A DNA stretch of 57,234 bases. Origin: Actinomycetota bacterium. Lineage in GTDB: Bacteria; Actinomycetota; Actinomycetes; Mycobacteriales; Jatrophihabitantaceae. The notes under the pieces are model-generated. The model did not search any database. It was given only the letters and a program-made list of their open reading frames with translations, and was not told the origin of the DNA. Position 1 is the first letter of the stretch. Each line of letters begins with the position of its first letter. This document shows, one piece after another, positions 43,576-52,305 of this stretch. The position numbers and the translations under genes were made by a program. The stretch is from the NCBI GenBank assembly GCA_046734315.1, contig JBKPQY010000036.1, positions 1 to 57,234 of the forward strand, given 5' to 3'.

Positions 43576-45212
43576 TGCAGCCACGCTTCGTCGGCGCGGG
43601 TGACGTATGCGGCGAACGATTCATCGGGCTCGCGCCGGTCGAGGTAACCGCGCAGAATCCGCTCCGCGTAGTCGGGCGCGTCGGCGGCACTGACCTTCAG
43701 CCCGCGGAACTTTCGCCCGAACGCCGCCTGCGCACCGAGTTGGCCACCCAGGTGCACTTGGAACGCCTCCTGGTCGCTGCCGTCCGGGGCCCGCGTCACG
43801 ATGCCCTTGAACCCGATGTCGGCAACCTGGAAGCGGGCACACGAGTTGGGGCACCCGTTGACGTTGATCGTGATCGGAGTGTCGAAGTCGGGCAGACGGC
43901 GTTCGAGCTCGGCGCGGATCGTCTCCGCCCGAGCCTTCGTCTCGACGATTGCCAGCTTGCAGAACTCGATGCCGGTGCAGGCGATCGTGCCGCGGTGAAA
44001 CGCGGAGGGCCGTACCGACAGGCCCAGCCCGGTGAGCTCGGTGATCAGCGACTCGACGTCGCTCACCCCGAGGACCACCAGGCCCTGCTGGGGCGTCGTG
44101 CGAATCCGGCCGTCTCCGAACCGGTCCGCCAGCTCGGCCACGGCACGCAGGGCCGACCCCGAGGTGCGGCCCGCCTTCGTCGTGGCGCCGACGGCGAAGC
44201 GTCCGTCGCGCTGCCGCTCGACACCGACGTGGTCGCGGTGCGCCGGCGACGGCGCCGGCTCGGGCCCGTCCGGCAGCGCACGGCCGAGGTACTCCTTCTC
44301 GAGCACCTCGCGGAACTGCTCCGCCCCCCAATCGGCCATCAAGAACTTCAAGCGGGCGTGGTTGCGCGAGCGCCGGTAACCGTAGTCGCGGAACACCGAC
44401 GTCACGCCCGCCCACACCTCGGCGACCTCGTCCGGCTCGACGAAGACGCCAAGTCGCCTGGAGAACATGGGGTTCGTGGACAGCCCGCCGCCGACCCACA
44501 GGTCGAATCCGGGCCGGCCACCCGGGCCCACGACGCCGACGAACGACACGTCGTTGATCTCGTGGTTGGTGCAGTGCCGCGCACAGCCGGTGATCGACGT
44601 CTTGTACTTGCGCGGGAGGTTCGAGAACGCCGGATCGCCGACGTACGCCTCGACGGTGGCGCGCAGTGCCGGTCCGGCATCGAGCACTGCGTCGGCGCTC
44701 ACTCCTTCGAGCGGGCAACCCAGCATGACCCGGGGGGTATCACCGCAGGCCTCGGTGGTGGACAGCCCGACGGCATCGAGCTTCTCCCAGATCGTCGGAA
44801 CGTCCTCGATGCTTATCCAGTGCAGCTGGACGTTCTGCCGGTCCGTGATATCGGCGACGTCGCGGCCGTACGTGGTCGAGATCTCCCCGACGACACGTAG
44901 CTGCTGGCTGGTGAGTGCCCCGCCGTCGATGCGGATACGCAGCATGAAGTACTCGTCCTCGAGCTCCTCCGGTTCGAGGACCGCGGTACGTCCGCCGGGG
45001 ATGCCGGCGCGGCGCTGCGTATACAGGCCGTACCAGCGGAACCGGCCCCGCAGGTCGGCCGGGTCGATGCCGGCAAAGCCGGTGTACTGGTAGGTGTCGA
45101 TGATGCGCTCGCGGACCTTGAGCCCATCGTCGTCGCGCTTGCTGCGTTCGTTGACGTTCAACGGCTCCCGATAACCGAGCGCCCACTGGCCCTGCCCCTT
45201 GCGCGCAGGCAT
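43572..45212 (-). CDS. sirA: ferredoxin-dependent sulfite reductase (NirA/SirA family)
   Basis: RWYGLYTQRR and the siroheme/4Fe-4S cysteine motifs TACTGIEFCKLA and GCPNSCARFQVADIG. RBS GGAGAGGAG. Confidence 0.85.
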   Translation of the reverse strand: MPARKGQGQWALGYREPLNVNERSKRDDDGLKVRERIIDTYQYTGFAGIDPADLRGRFRWYGLYTQRRAGIPGGRTAVLEPEELEDEYFMLRIRIDGGALTSQQLRVVGEISTTYGRDVADITDRQNVQLHWISIEDVPTIWEKLDAVGLSTTEACGDTPRVMLGCPLEGVSADAVLDAGPALRATVEAYVGDPAFSNLPRKYKTSITGCARHCTNHEINDVSFVGVVGPGGRPGFDLWVGGGLSTNPMFSRRLGVFVEPDEVAEVWAGVTSVFRDYGYRRSRNHARLKFLMADWGAEQFREVLEKEYLGRALPDGPEPAPSPAHRDHVGVERQRDGRFAVGATTKAGRTSGSALRAVAELADRFGDGRIRTTPQQGLVVLGVSDVESLITELTGLGLSVRPSAFHRGTIACTGIEFCKLAIVETKARAETIRAELERRLPDFDTPITINVNGCPNSCARFQVADIGFKGIVTRAPDGSDQEAFQVHLGGQLGAQAAFGRKFRGLKVSAADAPDYAERILRGYLDRREPDESFAAYVTRADEAWLQ

Positions 45213-45302
45213 CTGCGAGCTCCTCTCCGACGACGCGTGCCTGAACGGGACCCGTCGCCGGAGCCGGCGCGGGTCAGCGCAGTGGCGGACACGCCGCAGC
45301 GA

Positions 45303-45323
45303 TCACGCGCAGCAGGTCGACAT
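45303..45323 (-). promoter_or_regulatory. candidate leader mini-ORF Met-Ser-Thr-Cys-Cys-Ala-stop in the sirA 5' region
   Basis: The complement of 45303-45323 reads ATG TCG ACC TGC TGC GCG TGA, 90 nt upstream of the sirA ATG. No clear SD precedes it. Confidence 0.3.
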
Positions 45324-45513
45324 GCCGGCGCGCAGTGAGTCGGAGCGGCAGAGCTCGGTGCACGTGTCCAGGGTGGCACACATTGCCGCCGTTCGCGAAG
45401 TGCAAATCTCGAGGGGTGGACGTCGAGGCATCGCGGTGGCCCGCGACTCGCCGGATGTGCAACGATCGCTGGGTGTCCGCCGTCGCCATACGCCCGCGTA
45501 CGGCAGGGCTCGC

Positions 45514-46722
45514 GTGACAGGCGTTCCGCTGCTGCTCGACCTCACCGATCGACGGGTGCTGGTTGTGGGCGGGGGACGGGTCGCCACCCGGCGCGCGCAA
45601 GGAATGGCCGCCTCGGGCGCCGCGATCGACGTCGTGGCCCCGCAGGCCTCGCCTGAGCTGCGGGCGCTGGCGTCCCGGGTCTGGGAGCGACCGTTCCAGG
45701 CGGCCGATGTCGACGGCGCCTGGCTCGTGTTGGCGTGCACGGACGATCCGGAAGTGAACGCCGCGGTGTCCGAGGCAGCAGCGGCCCGGCGGATTTTCTG
45801 CGTTCGTGCCGACGCCGCAAGCATGGGTACGGCACGCACCCCGGCCAGCACCCGCCGCGGTGGCGTGACAGTGGCCGTCTCCGGGGGCGACGACCCCCGC
45901 CGTGCGAGCGCGCTGCGCGACGCGATCGCCGCAGCGCTCGACGTCGGGGAACTGCCGGTGCGCCCGCACCGACCTGCCGCGGCCGGTTCGGTGGCTCTGG
46001 TGGGCGGCGGTCCGGGTGATCCGGAGCTGATCACCGTGCGAGGGCGGCGGCTTGTCGCGTCGGCGGACGTCCTCGTCGTCGACCGGTTGGCCCCGCGCGC
46101 GCTGCTCGACGAGCTACCGCCCGGTGTCGAGGTGATCGACTGCGGCAAGTCGGCGCACCGGCACAACCTCACGCAGGACGAGATCAACGCGATACTGGTC
46201 GACCGGGCACGTGCCGGCAAGCGCGTCGTCCGGCTCAAGGGCGGCGACCCGTTCGTCTTCGGCCGCGGCGGCGAGGAGTGGCTCGCGTGCCTGGCGGCCG
46301 GCGTGCCGGTGACCGTGGTGCCCGGGGTCACCTCGGCGCTCGCCGCACCGGTCGTGGCCGGCATTCCGCTGACGCACCGCGGCCTGGCAGCGGACTTCAC
46401 GGTCGTCTCGGGCCACCTGGATCCCGGGCGGCAGCTCGATACCGGTCTCGACTGGGCCGCGCTCGCCAAGGCGTCCACGCTCGTGCTGCTGATGGCAATG
46501 GAACGGCTCGAGCTGATCGTGAAGGCCCTGGTGGCGCACGGGCGCGATCCGGCGACCCCGGCGGCGGTGATCGAGCGAGCCACGCTGGATGGCCAGCGCA
46601 TCCTCCGCGCGCCGCTCGGCCGGTTGGCCGCTGAGGTCGTGTCCCAGGGTGCGGGGCCACCCGCTGTCGTGGTCGTGGGCGAGGTCGTCGACGCGCTTGC
46701 AGAGCCCGGCCGGTCGAGCTAG
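45514..46722 (+). CDS. cysG: siroheme synthase-like bifunctional protein (precorrin-2 dehydrogenase/ferrochelatase N-domain plus uroporphyrinogen-III C-methyltransferase)
   Basis: VLVVGGGRVATRRAQ (NAD fold), then VALVGGGPGDPELITVRG...LKGGDPFVFGRGGEE (SUMT motifs). Start taken at GTG 45514. Confidence 0.8.
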   Translation: MTGVPLLLDLTDRRVLVVGGGRVATRRAQGMAASGAAIDVVAPQASPELRALASRVWERPFQAADVDGAWLVLACTDDPEVNAAVSEAAAARRIFCVRADAASMGTARTPASTRRGGVTVAVSGGDDPRRASALRDAIAAALDVGELPVRPHRPAAAGSVALVGGGPGDPELITVRGRRLVASADVLVVDRLAPRALLDELPPGVEVIDCGKSAHRHNLTQDEINAILVDRARAGKRVVRLKGGDPFVFGRGGEEWLACLAAGVPVTVVPGVTSALAAPVVAGIPLTHRGLAADFTVVSGHLDPGRQLDTGLDWAALAKASTLVLLMAMERLELIVKALVAHGRDPATPAAVIERATLDGQRILRAPLGRLAAEVVSQGAGPPAVVVVGEVVDALAEPGRSS

Positions 46723-46756
46723 TCTTCGAACAGGCGTTCGATACCGGGAGTTGGCA

Positions 46757-47164
46757 ATGGCCATAGCGGCACTACACCCGCCGGCGAGTCGCAGCGCGGC
46801 GTCGCTCGTCGAGCAGGCGCGATCGATGCTGCGTCACGCGGCGATGGCCACCGAGCCCGCCGAGCGGTTCCGGCTCGCGCACCTGGCGGCGTTGCGAGCT
46901 GCGGCTGCGCTCTTCGCGCAACGTGCCCGGCCCGCCGGCAGACGCCGCCTGGTCAGCGCGTGGGTCCTCGTCGACGCGGTGGCGCCCGAGCTGGCCGAGT
47001 GGTCCGCCTACTTCGCGGAGACGGCCGGCAAGCGCGCGGCCGTCGAAGCGGGCGCGCACAGCGTCGTCTCTGAACGCGACGCCCAAGACCAGCTGTGCGC
47101 CGCGGGGCAGTTCGTGACCCTGATCGAGCGCACGCTCGGCCTGCTGGCGCCTGTGGCGAGCTGA
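46757..47164 (+). CDS. SAV_6107-like HEPN-domain protein
   Basis: 135 aa, all-helical. ...ERFRLAHLAALRAAAALFA...ELAEWSAYFAETAGKRAAVEAG resembles the small actinobacterial HEPN family. Assigned from memory. Confidence 0.45.
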   Translation: MAIAALHPPASRSAASLVEQARSMLRHAAMATEPAERFRLAHLAALRAAAALFAQRARPAGRRRLVSAWVLVDAVAPELAEWSAYFAETAGKRAAVEAGAHSVVSERDAQDQLCAAGQFVTLIERTLGLLAPVAS

Positions 47165-47197
47165 TCGGGCGGCGGCCCGGCGCGCCGCCCGTCGTCG

Positions 47198-47995
47198 GTG
47201 TCTCGCACTAGTGTTTGCAGCGATGGCCGAGCCTCGCAGGGAGCACTAGTGGACACCGCCGGTCGCCGCGAGCGGACAGCGCCACAACGGCACCGCGCCG
47301 TACTGCGTCTGCTGGATGACCTGGTGCGGTCCGGGTCGTTGACCGGTATGCCACTGGAAGTCCTCGATTGCGGCGGGGGCAGCGGCAGCTCGGCTGTCCC
47401 GCTGGCGCAAGCCGGTGCCAGGGTCACGGTCGTCGACGTGAGTGCCGACGCGTTGGCAACGTTGCGCCGGCGGGCTGGCGAAGCGGGCGTCGACGCCCGG
47501 GTACGGGCGGTGCAGGGTGACGTCGAGGCGCTCGGCGAGGTCGTGCCGGCGGCAGCGTTCGACCTGGTGCTGGCGCATGAGGTGCTCGAGGCGGTCGACC
47601 GTCCCGACACAGCGCTCGCCGCCGTCGTGGCCGCGACACGCTCGTCCGGCAGGGTCAGCATCGTGATCGCCAATCCCGTGGCGAACGTGCTCGCGAGGGC
47701 ACTCGCCGGCGACATCGGATCCGCGCTGCTGGAGCTGCGCGCGCTCACCCGGCCGAACGGTGGCCCACTCGACGTTCCCTCGCTACAGACGATGTGTGGC
47801 CGGCTCGACCTCGTCGTCGAGCAGATGCACGGGGTGGGCGTCTTCACGGAGTTCGTCCCGGGAGCCGAACCAGACGCCGGGCACGCGGCCCCGGCGGGCG
47901 ACGCGCTAGCCGAGCTCGAGCAACTTGCCGCCGACCGCTCGCCGTATCGAGAGATCGCCAGCCGCATCCACGTGCTGGCGCGCCGCACCAGCTGA
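47198..47995 (+). CDS. class I SAM-dependent methyltransferase
   Basis: VLDCGGGSGSSAVPLAQAGARVTVVDVSADAL (motif I plus acidic loop). Confidence 0.7.
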   Translation: MSRTSVCSDGRASQGALVDTAGRRERTAPQRHRAVLRLLDDLVRSGSLTGMPLEVLDCGGGSGSSAVPLAQAGARVTVVDVSADALATLRRRAGEAGVDARVRAVQGDVEALGEVVPAAAFDLVLAHEVLEAVDRPDTALAAVVAATRSSGRVSIVIANPVANVLARALAGDIGSALLELRALTRPNGGPLDVPSLQTMCGRLDLVVEQMHGVGVFTEFVPGAEPDAGHAAPAGDALAELEQLAADRSPYREIASRIHVLARRTS

Positions 47996-47999
47996 TCCG

Positions 48000-49289
48000 A
48001 TGGGCCGCAGCGCCGACATTCCGCGAGCCGCCGGTCGAACCGACGGCGACGACGCAGGCTGCACCATCCTGCACGTCGACATGGACGCGTTCTTCGCGAG
48101 CGTCGAGGTCCGCCGTCGCCCCGAACTACGCGGCAAGCCGGTGATCGTCGGCGGGTCGACCCGTGGCGTGGTGGCCGCTGCGTCCTACGAGGCCCGCCGG
48201 TTCGGCGTGCGCAGCGCGATGCCGATGGGGCAAGCGCTGCGGCTGTGCGGACATGCCGTGGTGCTGCCGCCGGACCGCGCCGCGTACGCCGAAGCATCCG
48301 GCGAGGTCATGGCGATCTTGCGTGACATCACGCCACTCGTCGAGCCGTTGTCACTGGACGAGGCGTTCCTCGACGTCACCGGCGCGCTGCGCCTGCTCGG
48401 GCCGCCGTTAGAGATCGCACGAGCGATCCGCGCACGAGTGGCCGCCGACCTCAGCCTGACCTGCTCCGTCGGCATTGCCGCTACGAAGTTTGTCGCGAAG
48501 CTGGCATCGGCACGCTGCAAACCGGACGGCTTGCTCCTGGTGCCCGCCGCCGAGACGCTGGAGTTCCTGCACCCGCTGCCGATAACGGTGCTGTGGGGCG
48601 TGGGTGCCCGAACCGCGCAGCCGCTGCACCGGCTGGGCGTCCGCACAGTAGGCGACCTCGCCGGCATCCCGATCACCACCTTGCGGCGCGCAGTCGGGGT
48701 AGCAGCGGCCGATCACCTGCATGCCCTGGCGCACGGCCACGACCCACGCGAGGTCGAGACGCAGGATGTCGAGAAGTCGATCAGCGCCGACCATACAACC
48801 GCGGTCGACCTGGTGGACGAGGCGGACGTCAGCCGCGAGCTGCTGCGGCTGTGCGTCGAGGTGGGCCAGCGGATGCGTGCGCGCGGCTGGGTCGCCAAGA
48901 CGATCGGGATCAAGATCAGGTTCGCCGACTTCCGCACCGTGACCCGGGTGCGCACTGTCGCAGACTGGGTCGACTCGACCGCAGAGCTGCACGCGATCGC
49001 CCTCGAGCTCTACCGTGCGCTTCACCTTGACCGCCCGCGTATCCGGCTGGTCGGCGTCAAGGCGGAGCACTTCCGTGATGCAGCCCAGACCGCTCGGCAG
49101 CCGACGCTCGACGAGGCCGCCCAGGCGAGTCCGCCCGGAGTCGATCGAGTCGCCGACGCCACGCAGGCAAAGTTCGGCACGGCGGGGTTGCGGCCCGCCG
49201 CCTTGGCACGGGTCACGCCCGCCGCGACGCCGGCTGAGCGGCGAAAAACCCGAAGCGGTAGGAATTCTGGCACGCGGCGGGCACGTTAG
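48000..49289 (+). CDS. dinB: DNA polymerase IV (Y-family)
   Basis: ILHVDMDAFFASVEVRRRPELRGKPVIVGG and SLDEAFLDVTG. Start at ATG 48000. Confidence 0.9.
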   Translation: MGRSADIPRAAGRTDGDDAGCTILHVDMDAFFASVEVRRRPELRGKPVIVGGSTRGVVAAASYEARRFGVRSAMPMGQALRLCGHAVVLPPDRAAYAEASGEVMAILRDITPLVEPLSLDEAFLDVTGALRLLGPPLEIARAIRARVAADLSLTCSVGIAATKFVAKLASARCKPDGLLLVPAAETLEFLHPLPITVLWGVGARTAQPLHRLGVRTVGDLAGIPITTLRRAVGVAAADHLHALAHGHDPREVETQDVEKSISADHTTAVDLVDEADVSRELLRLCVEVGQRMRARGWVAKTIGIKIRFADFRTVTRVRTVADWVDSTAELHAIALELYRALHLDRPRIRLVGVKAEHFRDAAQTARQPTLDEAAQASPPGVDRVADATQAKFGTAGLRPAALARVTPAATPAERRKTRSGRNSGTRRAR

Positions 49290-49422
49290 CTTTCGCCCAG
49301 CGCGGAGGGCTCGTATGCTCAACGGTGTCAACTCTCAACCGGGAGCTGATGGCAACATTGGATCGCAGGCCGCCCGGCTGATGGTCGCGACGGCCACCGG
49401 CGCAAGGACTAAGGAGGGCACG

Positions 49423-49794
49423 GTGCCGCTCTCCGAGCACGAGCAGAGGCTTCTCGAGCAAATCGAGCAAGCGCTCTATGCAGAGGACCCCAAGTTCGCG
49501 TCTGCCGTGCGTGCAGGTCGTTCGCGGGTGCACACCCGCCGCTGGATCATCATCTCGGCCATCGGCGTGCTCGCCGGGCTGGCTGTCGTTCTCGTCGGGC
49601 TCACCGCCAAGCTTGTCGTGCTGGGTGTGATCGGCTTCGTGTTGATTGTCGCTTCTTGCGTGTACGTCGCGACGATGCTGCGCTCGAAGCCAGGTCGCAA
49701 CGCCGAGAGCGGCGACGCCGGCGCGAAGAGCCGTCGCCCTGGCGTCCGGTCCCGTATGGAGGACCGGCTCCGCAAACGTTTCGACGAGCAATAG
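49423..49794 (+). CDS. DUF3040-family membrane protein (Rv2169c-like)
   Basis: RBS AAGGAGGG then GTG 49423. PLSEHEQRLLEQIEQALYAEDPKFA followed by two TM helices. Confidence 0.75.
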   Translation: MPLSEHEQRLLEQIEQALYAEDPKFASAVRAGRSRVHTRRWIIISAIGVLAGLAVVLVGLTAKLVVLGVIGFVLIVASCVYVATMLRSKPGRNAESGDAGAKSRRPGVRSRMEDRLRKRFDEQ

Positions 49795-49825
49795 AACTCA
49801 CCCGCGCAGCCACGAGCGTAAGCGC

Positions 49826-49995
49826 CGTAGGCACGCGATCGGTGAGCTGGGAAAACGCAACCATCGGGCGATGAGCGCTCGCGCGAAGAGCCCCGCCGCC
49901 GCGACGCGGCCCGCGCCGTAAGGCGCGGAGCGCAGCCGGGAATGCACCCGAGCGAGGCGAGCGGTGCAGGCCCGGATGCGCGCGGGCGGATTGGG
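49826..49995 (+). repeat. full-length forward copy of the intergenic repeat family
   Basis: GATGAGCGCTCGCGCGAAGAG (49870-49890), CCGCGCC-gtaa-GGCGCGG, and TGCACC-(14 nt)-GGTGCA. It is collinear with 1912-2040 and lies between the convergent DUF3040 and transglutaminase genes. Confidence 0.8.
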
Positions 49996-52305
49996 TCAGT
50001 GCCGCCGTTGGCCGCCCACCCGTGTCCAGCCGAGCGATTGCGGCAGTATCCGGGCGCGTGTGCGCTCCCAGCCGGAGCGGGTCGACCGCAGCGACCCCTC
50101 GACTCGGCGAAGCTCCGCCACCAGCGTGCGGCCCCCCGCACCCTGGCCGGGCGCCGCGTAGCGCGACAGCTCGACAGCGCTGGCCAGCGTTCGCAGCGCA
50201 CCGTCGGCGTCGTCATCCACGCCCTCGCGACGCAGCCAGGTCACCACCTGGCGGGGCGAGCGCACCGGTGACCAGACATAGCCCAGGTCGACCGCTGTGT
50301 CGGCGAGTTCCCGCCATAGCGGATCCGGGTCGCGAGCCGCCGCCCGCAACCTGCGCTGGCGCCGCCACAGCCGGACGCCGCCCGGGATCAAGAACACCAG
50401 CACGACCAGGCCTGCGATGCCGACCAGCAGCCAGGTCGCCCACATCGGCAGCCCGCCGGAACCATGCGCCGCGGCGCTTCCGGGAGCCTCCGGAGTGATG
50501 GTGGTCCGCTTGCCCGTCGGGTTGTTCCGCGGGTTTGCCCCGTTGGCGCCCGTCACCACACTCGGCGCGCTGGCCGTGTCCCGCGGCGCCCAGGGGATCG
50601 TGGCGGCTCTCCCGGCGTCCACGCCCACGAGTGGCGTGGGGTCGAACGGCAGCCAGCCGATACCACCGAAGTAGCCCTCGACCCACGCATGCGCATCGTT
50701 GGTGGTAACGGTGAAGCTGCCATTGGTGTTCGGCACGGAATGCGTGTACCCCACGGCCACGCGAGAGGGCACGCCGGCCAGCCGCAACATGATCGCCATC
50801 GCGGCGGCGAACTGCTGGCAGAAGCCGACCTGATTGCGCAGGAAGTCGACGAGGTCGCTGCCCGAGTCGCCGGCCTTCGTGTTCAGGCTGTACGTGAACG
50901 TGCTGTTCGGACCGACGAAGTAGCTGAGGAGCGCCCGCGCCTTGTCGTACGGCGTCTTCTTGCCCTTGATGATCGTGTTGACGGTTGTCGTGACGTAGTT
51001 GGGCATGCCCGGGTGCTCGAGCCAGGGGCGAATCGCAGGGTCGTTCGCGAGCGACTTGGACTGCTGCAGCTGGCTGATCGACGGCTGCGGCTCCACGACG
51101 GTCTCGGTGTAGTGGTCACCCCGCCCGATCCGCCCACCGACCAGGGTGGCCTGCTGCCGGCTCCAGACCCAACTGTCGGACAGCCCGTCGACATGTGAGG
51201 GCGCCTGGAACAGTGGGACCGCCACATCGTCGAGGTTGGCGCTGGCGATCGTCGCGGTGAATGTGAATGTAGGGATGTCGGGGCGCGACGCGTCCGGGTC
51301 CGCGACGAACGTCGTGGACGACACCGGCTCGGTCGTCCCAGGCGCTCCCTGTCGCCAGCCGCTCGCGTCGTAGCGATCGAGGATGAGTTCGCCGAGGTAG
51401 AACGGGTTGCGATTGCCCAGCTGCGCCGTCGACACGTCCAGCAGCTTCACCGGGTCCTTGCGGTTGAGCTGGCCCTTGAGCCGCACGAACGGGTCGAGGC
51501 TGACCCCACCGCCTCCGCCGGTGCCATGGTCGCCGTGGAGCGCGTCGGCCAGCAGGTTGCTCTTGCGAACCGGCAATAGCAGCGGTACGGCCAGCGCGAT
51601 CACGATCGCGATCACGGCGATCCGCCGGGCGGACAGCGCCTTCACCGCGGCCTTCGACGCACCGGCCGGACGCGGCATCAGCCGCCCCCACCTGGAGCGC
51701 TCGTCTCGGGTGTCCGAGCTCAGCAGCACGAGATAACCGAGTGCGGCAAGCACGAACCAGAACCAGCCCACCGCGCGCCGCGGCATCGCGCCGGCGAGGG
51801 TGAACAGCAACAAGAACGGCACGCCGGCGAGCGCCGGGCGCCGCGCCACGACCGCCACCAGGTCGACCGCAACTGCGAGCAACACCAGCAGCGCCGCCAG
51901 CACCATGCGTACCGGCTCGGTGGATTGCAGCGGGGCCGAGCTGTCGCGGATCGTGTCGTGGAAAGCGCTGTTCATCGCGGCGACGTCCAGCCACGCACCG
52001 CGCAACGGCACCACGCCGCCCCACGCGTGGTCAGGGACGAACCGCACCGTGAGGTAGAGCAGCGCCAGCACGAGGCCGGGTAGCAGATGGATGGTCCGGG
52101 GCGCCCAGCGGATCCGCAGCAGCGCGGCCGGCCCGATCGCCAGGAGCATGCCGATCCACACAGGGGGCAACCACGCCCAGTCGGTGAACGTCTCGGAAAG
52201 CGGCAGCACGCTCAGCGCGGAAGCGACCAGCCCGGCCATTGTGCGGCGAGCGCCGTTCTGCGGGCCGGCCAGCCGCTCGGCGACCTGCTGCACCTGCGCC
52301 GTCAC
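49996..52305 (-). CDS. transglutaminase-like membrane protein (TgpA type: DUF3488 N-domain, TGase core, DUF4129-like tail)
   Basis: Multi-TM N-terminus. Cys-His-Asp core contexts VGFCQQFAAAMA, NDAHAWVEGYF and WLPFDPTP. GTG 52305 overlaps the DUF58 stop (GTGA). Confidence 0.8.
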   Translation of the reverse strand: MTAQVQQVAERLAGPQNGARRTMAGLVASALSVLPLSETFTDWAWLPPVWIGMLLAIGPAALLRIRWAPRTIHLLPGLVLALLYLTVRFVPDHAWGGVVPLRGAWLDVAAMNSAFHDTIRDSSAPLQSTEPVRMVLAALLVLLAVAVDLVAVVARRPALAGVPFLLLFTLAGAMPRRAVGWFWFVLAALGYLVLLSSDTRDERSRWGRLMPRPAGASKAAVKALSARRIAVIAIVIALAVPLLLPVRKSNLLADALHGDHGTGGGGGVSLDPFVRLKGQLNRKDPVKLLDVSTAQLGNRNPFYLGELILDRYDASGWRQGAPGTTEPVSSTTFVADPDASRPDIPTFTFTATIASANLDDVAVPLFQAPSHVDGLSDSWVWSRQQATLVGGRIGRGDHYTETVVEPQPSISQLQQSKSLANDPAIRPWLEHPGMPNYVTTTVNTIIKGKKTPYDKARALLSYFVGPNSTFTYSLNTKAGDSGSDLVDFLRNQVGFCQQFAAAMAIMLRLAGVPSRVAVGYTHSVPNTNGSFTVTTNDAHAWVEGYFGGIGWLPFDPTPLVGVDAGRAATIPWAPRDTASAPSVVTGANGANPRNNPTGKRTTITPEAPGSAAAHGSGGLPMWATWLLVGIAGLVVLVFLIPGGVRLWRRQRRLRAAARDPDPLWRELADTAVDLGYVWSPVRSPRQVVTWLRREGVDDDADGALRTLASAVELSRYAAPGQGAGGRTLVAELRRVEGSLRSTRSGWERTRARILPQSLGWTRVGGQRRH

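Noticed and set aside
45213-45513. Riboswitch (e.g. a SAM-type) in the 300-nt sirA/cysG intergenic region
   Set aside because: I could not recognise any conserved riboswitch core by eye. Only the Cys-Cys mini-ORF is reported. A covariance-model scan would be needed.
45335-45517. 60-aa plus-strand ORF ending in a GTGA overlap with the cysG start
   Set aside because: There is no SD or recognisable motif, and the composition is Arg/Cys/Trp-rich and looks random. It could be a coupling uORF, but nothing in the sequence supports that beyond the overlap.
46726-46741. Hairpin TCGAAC-aggc-GTTCGA after cysG as an intrinsic terminator
   Set aside because: The stem is short at 6 bp, there is no U-tract, and the next gene starts 15 nt later. 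Support is insufficient.
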